Shown: positions 48,411 to 61,625, numbered from the stretch's first letter. The stretch: 64,000 bases of DNA from Octopus sinensis (GCF_006345805.1 NC_043000.1:47926001-47990000); one strand, 5' to 3'. The notes: a model not told the origin generated them from the sequence alone. Numbers and translations are program-made.

Positions 48411-48411
<1 letters not shown>
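48197..48411 (-). mobile_element. Element P5: pLTR-like repeat ending in a perfect 63-bp inverted repeat
   Basis: 48271-48333 is the exact reverse complement of 48349-48411; 15-nt loop. Confidence 0.9.
48304..48341 (-). ncRNA. Minimal type I hammerhead ribozyme, canonical core
   Basis: CTGT-CTGATGA-ACG(GCAA)CGA-GAAA-CTCAGAG-TA|ACAG; GUA site; A.A mismatch at the base of stem II. Confidence 0.75.
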
Positions 48412-48483
<72 letters not shown>

Positions 48484-48787
48484 AGATGGATGGATGGATG
48501 GATGGATGGATAGACAGACAATCAGACAGATAGATAGATATATTGCAAGGCCATGACAGAGCAGATATGTTAGCACACCAGACAAAATGATCAGTGGCAT
48601 TTTGTCTGTCATTACATTCTGAGTTCAAATTCTACCAAGGTTGACTTTGCCCTTCATCATTTCAGGATCAATAAAATAGGTACCAGTTGAGTATCAGAGT
48701 TGATGTAATTGACTTACCCCTTCCCCCCAAACTGTTGGCTTTGTGCCAAAATTTTAAGCCAATAAATAAATAAATATATATATATAT

Positions 48788-49017
48788 ATTTCTTTACTGC
48801 CCACAAGGGGCTAAACATAGAAGGGACGAACAAGGACAGACAAAGGGATTAAGTCGATTACATCGACCCCAGTGCGTAACTGGTACTTAATTTATCGACC
48901 CCGAAAGGATGAAAGGCAAAGTCGACCTCGGCGGATTTTGAACCCAGAACACTTAACGGCAGACGAAATACGGCTAAGCATTTCGCCCGGCGTGCTAACG
49001 TTTCTGCCAGCTCGCCG

Positions 49018-49020
<3 letters not shown>
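48788..49020 (-). mobile_element. SINE family A tail-2, young
   Basis: CpG-rich, close to the consensus of the other copies. Confidence 0.9.
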
Positions 49021-49051
<31 letters not shown>

Positions 49052-49339
49052 TCATCATCATCATTTAACGTCCGTTTTCCATGCTAGCATGGGTTGGACA
49101 ATATATATATATATATATATATATATGCTGGTGTCACACAATTGGCACCTGTACCAGTGGCATGTAAATGACCCATTACTCTCTCATAGTGGTTGGCATT
49201 AGGAAGGGCATCCAGGCATAGAAACCATGTCAAATCAGCTTGGATAACAGACGTTAAATGATGATGACTAATGATATATATATATATAATCTATCTATCC
49301 ATATCTGTGTGTGTGTGTGTGTGTGTGTATGTGCGTGAT

Positions 49340-50110
49340 GTCTTGAAGACAAAGTTCCTGGGTATTTCCATCAGATCTCCATCTTTAAGACCTCAAAACA
49401 ACACTAATATCCATCCTTATTTATACACAATGGAATTAAGCGTGCCAAGAAATTAGGCATTAAAACACAAAGGGAAACAAGACATAACACTACACTACAT
49501 CTCAAAGAACTACCATATATATGAATTCACAACCCTACAAACAATGAGGCATACACTATTGTCCAAAATCTACCTATGCACAATAGGGATCCAAAAATGA
49601 ACAACATTCTGAAAACACATAAGTCCATCAAATGCAAAAAGCTACACAAATCACTGAAACAACTTCTGACAAAAGTGAAGCTTTACACAACGACCATGAA
49701 ACCAATGGTTAAAGAATGTGGATGCCCAAACTGGAACATGCCCCAACCTGTTGGAAGCCTCAGAATTCTTATTCAAACAAGGAGAGAGGTTTACAATTAA
49801 AACCACCTTCACTTGCGCTTCCAAGAACCTAATTTATGTTATAACTTGTTCAGGTAGTGGACATAACTATATAGGACAGACAGGTACGTCACTTAGACGG
49901 AGAACAATGCTACATAAGGAATAGTTCCATTTCCCACAGTACAGACAGTTTCCTTTGAGTGAATACACAGAGAGTCATGCAGGTAATATCCAACTAAACT
50001 TCTTAGTTTTCCCTATCTACCAGTGCAAAGAAACAATTTCTATACAAGAACATTTAAATAAAGAAAACTTGTTTATCGAAAAATACAAAGCACACCTAAA
50101 TATGAATGCA
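49340..50110 (+). mobile_element. Penelope-like element 3' part with GIY-YIG endonuclease
   Basis: FTCASKNLIYVITCSGSGHNYIGQTGTSLRRR..H..KENLFIEKYK; upstream C..PN..TCP motif; stops present. Confidence 0.85.
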
Positions 50111-50912
50111 TAGCCAACTTTGGTCTCAGTAAATATTTTAATTCATGTCCACATACCTATCACTGTAAATATTTCCTCTCACTACATTAGCCTTTTATTT
50201 ATTTATCCCTTCCCCCAAAATATGAGCAATAACATCCCCTGTCTCAAATAATAATGATCACCAATAACCTTCCCTTAGATTTTTTTACTTGTTGATTCAT
50301 TTCATTCACAATCTCCGACACACAACATGGACTAAAATCTTCTTAAGAAAATATTGTAATAATTTCAAAGTCATGATTAGAGAAAGCAAAACTGGTCAAC
50401 AAACAATAATTTTTCACTTATAAAATATATTAAGAAATATATTAAAACTATGTAAACTGTGTGCATTTTCTTCTTTTATATTACATATATATTTTTACAA
50501 CTCACCACATGGGGATAATCAATATTCTCTTCTTCCCTTTGTCTTACTATATATATATATATATATATAAAGAGCAAATAATTCAGGAGAAAATATTTGC
50601 GAAGATATTATTGACTCTATTACTATCTAGAGGGGAGGAGGATAGGAAGGAGGAAGATGAGATGAGAAGTAAGAGAGGAAAAAGAAGGAGGGGAGGAAGA
50701 AGAAGATGGAGAAAAGGAAGAAGTTGAAGAAGAGGAAGATGCGTAGGAGGAGTTGGAGGGGAAAGAAGAAAAGGTGGAGGAAGGGGAGGAGGAAAAAAAG
50801 GAAGAAGAAGGGGTGGAGGAAGGAGAGGGAAGAGGAGGAAGGAGTGGGATACCACTAAGCATTTTGCCTGGCATGCTAACAATTCTGCCAGCTCTCCACC
50901 TTAATAATGACA

Positions 50913-50914
<2 letters not shown>

Positions 50915-50956
<42 letters not shown>

Positions 50957-50980
50957 TAATAATAATATAATAATATAATA

Positions 50981-51012
<32 letters not shown>

Positions 51013-51122
51013 TAATAATATAATAATAATAATATTAATAATAATAATAATAAAATAATATAATAATAATAATAATAATAATAATATAATAATATAATAA
51101 TAATAATATAATAATAATAATA
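50915..51122. repeat. Long degenerate (AAT)n array
   Basis: Seen directly; lies between SINE-A pieces. Confidence 0.95.
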
Positions 51123-51179
51123 ATCCTTTCTACTAAAAGCATAAGACCTTAAAATTTTGCAGGGAGAAGGCTAGTCGAT

Positions 51180-51445
51180 TATCATCATCATCATCATCAT
51201 CGTTTAGCGTCCGCTTTCCGTGCTGGCATGGGTTGGATGGTGCAACTAGGGTCTGGGAAGCCAGAAGGCTGCACCAGGCCCAGTCTGATCTGGCAATGTT
51301 TCTATGGCTGGATGCCCTTCCTAATGCCAACCACTCCATGAGTGTAGTGGGTGCTTTCTACGTGCCAGATGAGGCTGGCAAACGGCCACGAGCGGATAGT
51401 GCTTTTTACATGCCACCGGCACGGAGGCCAGGCGAGGCTGATCTA
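51180..51445 (-). mobile_element. RTE 3'UTR-derived repeat inserted in a SINE-A copy
   Basis: SINE-A tail at 51120-51180 and core at 51445-51560 flank it. Confidence 0.8.
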
Positions 51446-51954
51446 TCCCAATGTGTCACTGGTACTTAATTTATCAACCCCGAGAGGATGAAAGTCAAAG
51501 TCAACCATGGCAGAATTTGAACTCAAAACGTAAAGACAGATGAAATGTCACGAAGCAATTCTCTTCCTTAATAATGATAATAATAATAATGATAATAAAA
51601 TGAATGATGATGATGGTGATGATGATGACGATGATATTGATAAGGATATTGTTGTTTTAGCAAATGTTATTGTTGGTGATAATACAGTCAGGGATACTTA
51701 TATGGTTTTTGTTATTGCGGTTATTGTTGTTGTTGCAAGTATTCGGGTTCCAGCTGTTGATATTGCTGCTGTCGTTGCAGCTACTACTGCCGTTGTTGAG
51801 ATTGCTGCTTAGCACTTAACAGTACAGCTGTTACTGTTGTTGTTTGTGGTGGTAGTGGTAGTGGCTGTGGTGGTGTAGTTGATAGTGATGGTGATGTTGT
51901 TGTTAATGGTAGTTGTTATTGAAGATGTTGTTGATGCTGGTGTTAATGGTTGTG

Positions 51955-52337
51955 TTACTCTTTACTCTTTTACTCTTTTACTTGTTTCAGTCATTTGACT
52001 GCGGCCATGCTGGAGCACCGCCTTTAGTCGAGCAAATCGACCCCGGGACTTATTCTTTGTAAGCCCAGTACTTATTCATCGGTCTCTTTTGCCGAACCGC
52101 TAAGTAACGGGGACATAAACACACCAGCATCGGTTGTCAAGCAATGCTAGGGGGACAAACACAGACACACAAACACACACATATATATATACATATATAC
52201 GACAGGCTTCTTTCAGTTTCCATCTACCAAATCCACTCACAAGGCATTGGTCGGCCCGGGGCTATAGCAGAAGACACTTGTCCAAGATGCCACGCAGTGG
52301 GACTGAACCTGGAACCATGTGGTTGGTTAGCAAGCTA
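51955..52337 (-). mobile_element. SINE family B
   Basis: Reverse complement of 22159-22585. Confidence 0.9.
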
Positions 52338-52829
52338 TGGTACTGTTTTTATTATTGATATTGTTATGTTGGCACTGAACAGTATTTCTTCTATTTTTAG
52401 GTTCTGAGTTCAAATTCTGCTGAAGTTGAATTTGCCTTTTATCTTTTTGGGGTCAATCACATAAATACAAGTCATATATCTTTATTTAGAAACATTTCTC
52501 ATGACCCCAGTGGACAAAATGGAAATGGTGTTGCCCCGGAGGATGGCAAAGGAGATGTACAAGAACAGTCACTCTGACTCAGGGCTTGCACTTGTGGACA
52601 GCCATCTGTTCACAGTTATGATTTGGGATCCAAGAATGCTGGAGGTTTACACTGCCACAGGCCCAACTGTATACCTGTCAGAGAATGACCACTGCTTTGA
52701 CAGTTTGCTCTTCTCAGCCTGATGAGCAGTGGAGCCTGGACTAGTAACTGACCACACCTAGTTGCAACTGGAGGTGTCACTACATGTAGCATCCCAGATG
52801 TGGAGCCTACCACTACAGAATGGGAAAAC

Positions 52830-53640
52830 TGTCATAGTGTTCTGTACTGGAATCAATGTGTGTTGTGTGCTCGAGCAAGGCATTTTATTTCACTTTGCTC
52901 CTATTCACTCGGCTGTAGAAATGAGTTGTAATGTCACTGGTGCCAAGCTTTATAACATCAGTGGCTGGTATGCATGGGTGACCGCTAGTCTTCCATAAAC
53001 AACATTGTTTAGGTTTGTGCCTTGGAAAGGAACTTTCTAGGTGCAATCCCATAAACATTTGTGACCTATTTTTTACTACCTACAAGGGACTAAACACAGA
53101 GAGGACAAACAAAAACAGACAAACAGATTAAGTCAATTATATCGACCTCAGTGCATAACTGGTACTTAATTTATCAACCCTGTAAGGATGAAAGGCAAAG
53201 TCGACCTCGGCGGAATTTGAACTCAGAACATAACGACAGATGAAATACAGCTATGCATTTCGCCTGGCATGCTAACGATTTTGCCAGTGCACCGATGAAC
53301 AGTTGTGACCAAAGGGAATCTTTACCCCTGTGCGTTAGCATGGGCTCTCGGGAAAATTGTCCTAGCCTCCAGTACTGGAATGAATGTGTGTTGTGTTCTT
53401 GAGCAAGGCATTTTATTACCCATTGCTTCTGTTCACTTGGCTGTAGAAATGAGTTGTAACACTGGTGCCAATCTGTATCAGCTCTTGCTTTCCCTTGGAT
53501 AACATCAGTGGCATGGAGAGAGGAGACTGGTATTCATGGGCAACTGTTGGTCTTCCATAAACAACCTTGCTTAGGCTTGTGCCTCATAAAGGAACTTTCT
53601 AGGTTCAATCCCTTAGTCATTCATGACCAAAGGGGACCTT
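52830..53640 (+). mobile_element. Two CORE-like SINE-E fragments separated by a SINE-A (53065-53295, minus)
   Basis: GTACTGGAAT.AATGTGTGTTGTGT.CT.GAGCAAGGCATTTTATT..GGCTGTAGAAATGAGTTG at ~52845 and ~53372. Confidence 0.7.
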
Positions 53641-54019
53641 TACACCTATTAGTTGACTCAGGATCACTTAACAGCAAAGTAAACTTCAGGTAATCAAGTT
53701 ATCCTTGGTCTGAAGAGTAGCATTTGGATAATTGCTACTTCCGAGGTTTCACTAGCTGTGAAACATATGTAGCCTGGATATTATCTACTCCATTCCCTAA
53801 CTTTGGATATATATATACATATATAAAATACAAAATGGGACAAGAACGCAAAACATCCAGACAACCTAATGATACAAAAAGGGACACCAAAACATCCAGA
53901 TAGATGATACAAAAAAACAAAGACGGGTCATTCGAGCTTTTATCCTCAGTCAAGAACCGGATCCTCCTCATCCCATTTTGTATTTTATATATATATATAG
54001 CAGCGTACATACACTTTGT

Positions 54020-54102
<83 letters not shown>

Positions 54103-54659
54103 TATATGTATATATGTATGTATATATTTCAATATATGTAATCTTTTTATCTATATGTGTTTGTGTGTATATGTATGTGTGTGTGTGCTTGTGTATGTGT
54201 CCATGTGTGTGTATATGTGCATGCGTGCATGTGTGTGTGTGGGGGGGGGGTTGCATGTGAGCAAGAAAAGGTGTTATATCATGGATTATATATATATATA
54301 TATATATATATAAGGTTGTCTGATTAAGAAGTTTGTATCCCAACCACATGGTTCCAGGTTCAGTCCTACAGCATGGCACCATGAACAAGTGTCTTTTATT
54401 ATATCTACCCTGGTGCCAAAATTTGCAACCAATGTTATACTAGTAGTTACTGTCGGTAAGCAACAAGATTTTCATCCCATGAAAAATCTATTTATTATTC
54501 TTTTTAAATGGTCATCAAAAGTGTTCATTTTATTTTGTTTTTTTTTTTTATTTAAAACAATAGCCTGTCAATTGTGAGAGATTTAACTGTTATTTCTAGG
54601 AAACAGAGGTTCCTTATTTAAGTCACATATTACTATAACATTTCCAGTTGCGTATGCGG

Positions 54660-55500
54660 TTGTTGTTGAGAATAATACTGGTAGTGGAGGTGGTGGTGTC
54701 AGTGTTCATGTTGTTCTTGGTGGTGTGGCAGTTTTAGATGTTGGTTATTGTTGTTGTTGTTGGTGGTGGTGGTAGCAGTAGTGGTGACAAGGGTTAGTGG
54801 TGCTTAAGTTGTTGATGGTGTTGAAGTTACTTTTGATGTTGTTGTTACTGATGATATTACCTTTAGTTGTTGTTGCCAGTGGTGGTGGTGATGATTGTAG
54901 TGATGGTGATGATTGTAGTGATGGTGATGGTAGTTGTTGTTGTTGTTGTGGTGGTGGTGGTGGTGGTGGTGGTGGTGATGGTGCTGTTGGTAGTTGTGGT
55001 AGTGATAGTGGTGGCAATAGTGGTGTTGGTGGTGGCAGTGACGGTGGTGGTGGTGGTGGTGGAGGTAGCGGTGGTGGTGGTGGTGATGGTGCTGTTGGTA
55101 GTTGTGGTAGTGATAGTGGTGGCAATAGTGGTGTTGGTGGTGGCAGTGACGGTGGTGGTGGTGGTGGTGGAGGTAGCGGTGGTGGTGGTGATGGTTGTAG
55201 TGATGGTGATGGTAGTTGTTGTGGTGGTGGTGGTGGTGATGGTGTTGTTGGTAGATGTGGTAGTGATAGTGGTGGCAATGGTGGTGTTGGTGGTGGTGGT
55301 GGTGGAGGTAGCAGTGGTGGTGGCAGTGGTGATGGTGGTGGTGGTAGCGGTGTTTGTGGTGGCGGTGGTTATGGTGATGGTGTTTGTGGTGGTAGTGACA
55401 TAGGTGGCAGCAGTGGTAGTGATGGTAGCATTGGTGGTCATGGTGGTGGTAGTGGTTATGGTGATGGTATTAGTGGTGATAGTGTCATAGGTGGCTGCAG
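54660..55500. repeat. Degenerate (GGT)n array with an internal ~108-bp duplication
   Basis: GGTGATGGTGCTGTTGGTAGTTGTGGTAGTGATAGTGGTGGCAATAGT at ~54974 and ~55082. Confidence 0.85.
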
Positions 55501-55664
55501 CAGCAGATGTCAAAATTGTTATTGATGTTGCTGCTGCTGATGATTTTGGTTTTGATTATTGTTTTTATTGGTATTCTTGGTGTTAGTCGTAGTGGTGGAG
55601 GTATTGATGTCATCACTATTATTGTTGTCATTTCAGTTGCTGTTAGCATTATTATTATTATTAT

Positions 55665-56310
55665 TAAGGTGGCAAGCTGGCAGAATTGTTAGCATGCTAG
55701 GGGAAACGCTTAGCAGTATTTCGTCTGCTGCTACGTTCTGAGTTCAAATTCCGCTGAGGTTGACTTTACCTTTCATCCTTTTGGGGTCGATAAATTAAGT
55801 ACCAGTGAAAAACTGGGGCAGATGTGATCGACATCGACTTACACCCTCCCCCAAAATTTCAGGCCTTGTGCCTACAGCAGAAAGGATTATTATTATTATT
55901 CAGGCAGCAAGCTGGCAGAATCATTAGCACACTGGACGAAATACTTAGTGGTATTTCACCTTTGCTGCATTCTGATTTCAAATTCCACCAAGGTCGACTT
56001 TGCCTTTCATCCTTTTGGGGGGTCAATAAATTAAGTACCAGTTGAAGACTGGGGTCGATGTAATCGACACAGCCCTACCCCAAAAATGACTGCTCTTGTG
56101 GAAAAATTTGAAACCATTATTATTATTATTATTATTATCATATTTTGCCCCTTGCTATGTTCTGAGTTCAAATTCTGCCGAGGTCGAATTTACCTTTCAT
56201 CCTTTTAGGGTCAATAAATAAATACCAGTTGAAGACTAGGGTCACTGTGATTGACTCATCCACTGCCCACAAAAATTGCTGCCCTTGTGGCAAAATCTGA
56301 AATCAACATT
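55665..56310 (+). mobile_element. Tandem stack of three SINE-A tail-1 copies separated by (ATT)n
   Basis: Heads at ~55665 and ~55903, headless copy at ~56155. Confidence 0.85.
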
Positions 56311-56493
56311 ATTATCATTATTATCATTGCTGTTTTTTATTTTGTTGTCAACATCGTTACGTTCTGGACTTTCATGATGTTGATGATTATGATGATAATA
56401 CTGATGATGGTTGTGGTGGTGATACTGGTAGCAGTGGTAGTGGTGGTGGTGGTGGCAGTGGTGGTGGTGGTGCTGTTATTATTACTTTTGTAT

Positions 56494-56715
56494 AAGGCGG
56501 TGAGCTGGCAGAAACGTTAGCACGCAGGGCGAAATGCGTAGCCGTATTTCGTCTGTCGTTACGTTGTGAGTTCAAATTCCGCCAAGGTCGACTTTGCCTT
56601 TCATTCTTTCGGGGGGTCGATTAAATAAGTACCAGTTATGCACTGGGGGTCGATATAATCGACTTAATCCGTTTGTCCCCCTCTGTGTTTAGCCCCTTGT
56701 GGGTAGTAAAGAAAT
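56494..56715 (+). mobile_element. SINE family A tail-2
   Basis: Matches 14934-15162. Confidence 0.9.
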
Positions 56716-56773
56716 AATTATTACTGTTGTATTTTGCCAATATTGTTCTTGTTATCATCATTGCCATGCCCTT

Positions 56774-56807
<34 letters not shown>

Positions 56808-56912
56808 GGCAGTAGTTTGTTGTTAAGAGTTCCATATTGATATCGATGTTGTTATTGCATTTACGCTCTGCTGCAGCTTCTGTTGTTGCAAGTGTTAATC
56901 TTACTACTACTA

Positions 56913-56944
<32 letters not shown>

Positions 56945-56994
56945 ACTGCTTCAATTGCAGCTGCTACTGGTGCTGCTGTTAGTGCTTCTGCTAC

Positions 56995-57028
<34 letters not shown>

Positions 57029-57369
57029 ATTCCTATTGCCGACGCTACATTAAATGCCATTGCTGCCTTCATTATATAAAGCTAAGCTTTTCTCACTCAC
57101 GCGTTTCACTATATTGCAGCTGCCACTGATGGCAGCAGTTACCGCCGCCTCTGCTACTGCTGCTGCTGTTGTTGTTGTTTAGCTGCAGCTCAGACCTGAT
57201 CAGACACAACTTATGGTTAAAGGCATTCCAACCAAGGCCACTCCAAAAATCTTCATTTCTTCCTCCCTTGCTGCACACGTTGCAGAGGATTTAACTTGTA
57301 TTGTTATATGCGTTAAGTGAAATTCTTAGCTACACAGCATTGCCTACATTCATGTACACGCATATGCGC

Positions 57370-59530
57370 ACCATGCATGCACACGCACATACACACACAC
57401 TTACACACACATATACGCACGCACACTCGCACACACACACATACACACAGACTCACAATCATAGTCACACAGTTACACACACACACACTCACATATACAC
57501 ACATTCAGTCACACACACATTCACTCACACACACATTCACTCACGCACACACGTATACATACACGTACACAAAACATACACCCACATACACACACACACA
57601 CACATTCAAGTGCACATACACACACTAACACTAACACACACATTTACACACACATACACAGTCACACATACACACACTCACACTGCACACGCACACACTA
57701 CACACACACACTACACACACACACTCACACACACGTACACACACACATACACACTCACATACACACATTTACTCACATACACTCACGCACACACACTCAC
57801 ACACACACTCACACACACACACACACATACACATACACACACACTCGCGTACATACTCATACATACATATTCACACACACACACACACATTTTATTCTGT
57901 TATTCTTTTACTCGGGTTGGTCATTAAATTGTGGCCATGCTGGGGCATTGATCTGAAGTGTTAGTCAATCAAACTGACCCAACAGGCAATACTTATAAAT
58001 CGTGTACTTAACTTATTTTATCAGAAACTTTTTGCTGAAGGGGGTGAGGATTGAACCAGCAGCAGCAGCTGTCAAGCAACAAGAGATACACACAAAGATA
58101 TGAATGTATACAAACACAAACATGTACACATGCACATATACACACACATATACATGCACACATACATACACACACATGCATGCACACATACACACAAACA
58201 CACACGGAAACATTCACACACACACACAAACACACACACAAACATACACAGGCATACATACATACACACATGCACACATGCACATACACACACTAACACT
58301 AACACACACATTTACACACACATACACACACACACACATATACATGCACACATACATACACACACACACATACACACACATGCACACATGCACATACACA
58401 CATACACACACATGCATACACACATACACACAAACACACACGGAAACATTCACACACACACACAAACACACACACAAACATACACAGGCATACATACATA
58501 CACACATGCACACATTCACATGCACACACTCACACACACACACACACACCTGTACACACACTTGCTCACACAATATGCACACACACAAACACATACACAC
58601 ATGCACACATGCACATACACACACATACATACACACACATGCATACACACATACACACAAACACACACGGAAACATTCACACGCACACACAAACACACAC
58701 ACAAACATACACAGGCATACATACATACACACATGCACACATTCACATGCACGCACTCACACACACACACACACACCTGTACACACACTTGCTCACACAA
58801 TATGCACACACACAAACACATACACACATGCACACATGCACATACACACACATACATACACACACATGCATACACACATACACACAAACACACACGGAAA
58901 CATTCACACACACACACAAACACACACACAAACATACACAGGCATACATACATACACACATGCACACATTCACATGCACACACTCACACACACACACACA
59001 CACCTGTACACACACTTGCTCACACAATATGCACACACACAAACACATACACACATGCACACATGCACATACACACATACATACACACACATGCATACAC
59101 ACACATACACACAACACACACGGAAACATTCACACGCACACACAAACACACACACAACATACACAGGCATACATACATACACACATGCACACATTCACAT
59201 GCACACACTCACACACACACACACACACCTGTACACACACTTGCTCACACAATATGCACACACACAAACACATACACACATGCACACATGCACATACACA
59301 CACATGCATACACACACATGCATACACACAAACACACACGGAAACATTCACGCACACACACAAACATACAGAGGCATACATACATACACACATTCACATG
59401 CACACACTCACACATTCACATGCACACACTCACACCACACACCTGTACACACACCTGTACACACACTTGCTCACACAATATGCACAGACACAAACACATA
59501 CACACATGCACACATTCACACACATATATG
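57370..59530. repeat. Degenerate (CA)n field containing a ~227-bp higher-order tandem repeat
   Basis: Marker CGGAAACATTC at 58205, 58441, 58668, 58895, 59121, 59339. Confidence 0.9.
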
Positions 59531-59664
59531 TATCTACAATGACTGAGACAACTGCATAAAGGCTAAACAGATAAGAAATGTGTGTATGTGTGTGTCTGTG
59601 TGAGTGTGTGAGTGTGTGTCTATCTGTCTGTCTGTCTGTCCATCTATGAATATTACTTTTTAAT

Positions 59665-59900
59665 TAAGGCGTTGAGCTGGCAGAGACGTTAGCACTCGAG
59701 ACGAAACGCTTAGCAGTATTTCATCTGTCATTACGTTCTGAGTTCAAATTCCACCGAGGTCGACTTTGCCTTCCATCCTTTCGGGGTCGATTAGATAAGT
59801 ACCAGTTATGCACTGGGGTCAATGTAATCGACTTAATCCCTTAACCTGTCCTTGTTTATCCCCTCTATGTTTAGCCTGGTGTGGGCAATAAAGAAATAAA
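59665..59900 (+). mobile_element. SINE family A tail-2
   Basis: Head, core and tail match. Confidence 0.85.
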
Positions 59901-60369
59901 TATTACTTTTTAATTTTGTTTCTTATTTGCTTCGGTCAATGCACCGTGGTTTTACTATGGGACAGCCTTGAACAGTTTAGTCAAACAAATCAACACCAAT
60001 GCTTAATTTCTTAAGTCTAGTACTTATATTATATCAGTCTTTTCTGCTGAATCACCAAGTTACAGGAATGTAAACAAACCAACACCAGTCTCTCAACTAG
60101 TGGTGACAGATGCACAAACACAAAGATATGCACAAGCAGACACACACACAACACACGTGTGTGTGTGTGTATATGACAGGCTTCTTCCACCCTTCACCTA
60201 CCAATTCCACTCACATGAGCCTGGTCAATACAGGACTCTAGTACAACACATTTGTCCAAATTGCCATGCAGTAAAACTGAGTCAGGTACCGTTGTGGTTA
60301 GGGAGAAAACTTCTTAACATATAACCCCACTTCTTAACATACATATATGTATGTGTGTGTATTTATGTA

Positions 60370-60786
60370 TACTCTTACTCTTACCCTCTTTTACTTATTT
60401 CAGTTATGTGACAGTGGCCATCCTGGAGCACCGCCTTTAGTCGAGCAAATTGACCCCAGGACTTATTCTTTGGAAGTCTAGTACTTATTCTATCGGTCTC
60501 TTTTGCCGAACTGCTAAGTTATGGGGATCTAAACACACCAGCATTGGTTGTCAAGCAATGTTGGGAGACAAACACAGACACACAAACACATACACACACA
60601 TACATATATATATATATATTTATATATGTATATATATGACAGGCTTCTTTTCAGTTTCTGTCTACCAAATCCACTCACAAGGCTATAGTATAAGACACTT
60701 ACCCAAGGTGCCATGCAGTGGGACTGAACCAGGAATGATGTGGTTTGTAAGCAAGCTACTTACCACACAGCCACACCTTCGCCTAT
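60370..60786 (-). mobile_element. SINE family B
   Basis: Reverse complement of 22159-22585. Confidence 0.85.
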
Positions 60787-61166
60787 TTGTGTATATCTGT
60801 TAATGGTTATTTTTTATACTTTCTTGCTGTATTGCGTGTTCATTTCTTTTTTGCATCTGTGATTTGATTTTTGATTTTCTATATGAATGAAGATATCTCC
60901 TTCATTTGGCTGCTTTCCTTCTTATTAAATGAGAAGATACATTGCGGAACTGTTATTTTAATGAGTTATATCTATTTATCACCTGGTGAGACACATCTGC
61001 ATCGCTGGATTCTCTTGAACCAGCTGCTAAGTGTCTCACCTGTAAGAGATCAATGCTAGATATGTCAAAACAATTGTTGTGATTAATTATAAGAATTCTC
61101 ATATTCCATCATCCATCTTTCATTTACCATATATATGTTTATATTATTTGTGCATGTGTATGTCTC

Positions 61167-61206
<40 letters not shown>

Positions 61207-61209
<3 letters not shown>

Positions 61210-61625
61210 TCATCATCATCATCATCATCGTTTAACTTCCGCTTTCTATGCTAGCATGGGTTGGACAGTTCAACTGGGGTCTGGGAAGCCAGAAGGCTGC
61301 GCCAGGCCCAGTCTGATCTCGCAGTGTTTCTACAGCTGGACGCCCTTCCTAACGCCAACCACTCCGTGAGTGTAGTGGCTGCTTTTTACATGCCACCTGC
61401 ACAGGTACCAGACGAGGCTGGCAAATGGCCACGATCAGATGGTGCTTTTTACGTGCCACCAGCACGGGGGCCAGACGAGGCTAACAACGGCCACAATCGG
61501 ATGGTGCTTTTTACGGGCCACCGGCACGGAGGCCAGTCTGGGCGGTGCTGGCAACGGCAACGTTTGGATGGTTCTCTTACATGCCACCGGCACTGGTATT
61601 ACAGCTACAATTTCTATTGATGTTG
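61207..61625 (-). mobile_element. RTE 3'UTR-derived repeat with four internal ~63-bp units
   Basis: TGCCACC-type motif at 61391, 61454, 61516, 61582. Confidence 0.85.

Noticed and set aside
50371-50400. Hammerhead downstream of the Penelope GIY-YIG (CAAAACTGGTCAAC resembles CGAAACCGGTC)
   Set aside because: No recognisable CUGANGA core or stem I can be fitted; too decayed to support.
54797-55525. 242-aa glycine-rich ORF resembling a structural protein
   Set aside because: It is a degenerate (GGT)n array that is open in several frames; similar arrays occur at 63660-64000; no transcript evidence is available.
58100-59546. 480-aa His/Thr-rich ORFs
   Set aside because: Translation of CA repeats, which cannot form stop codons.
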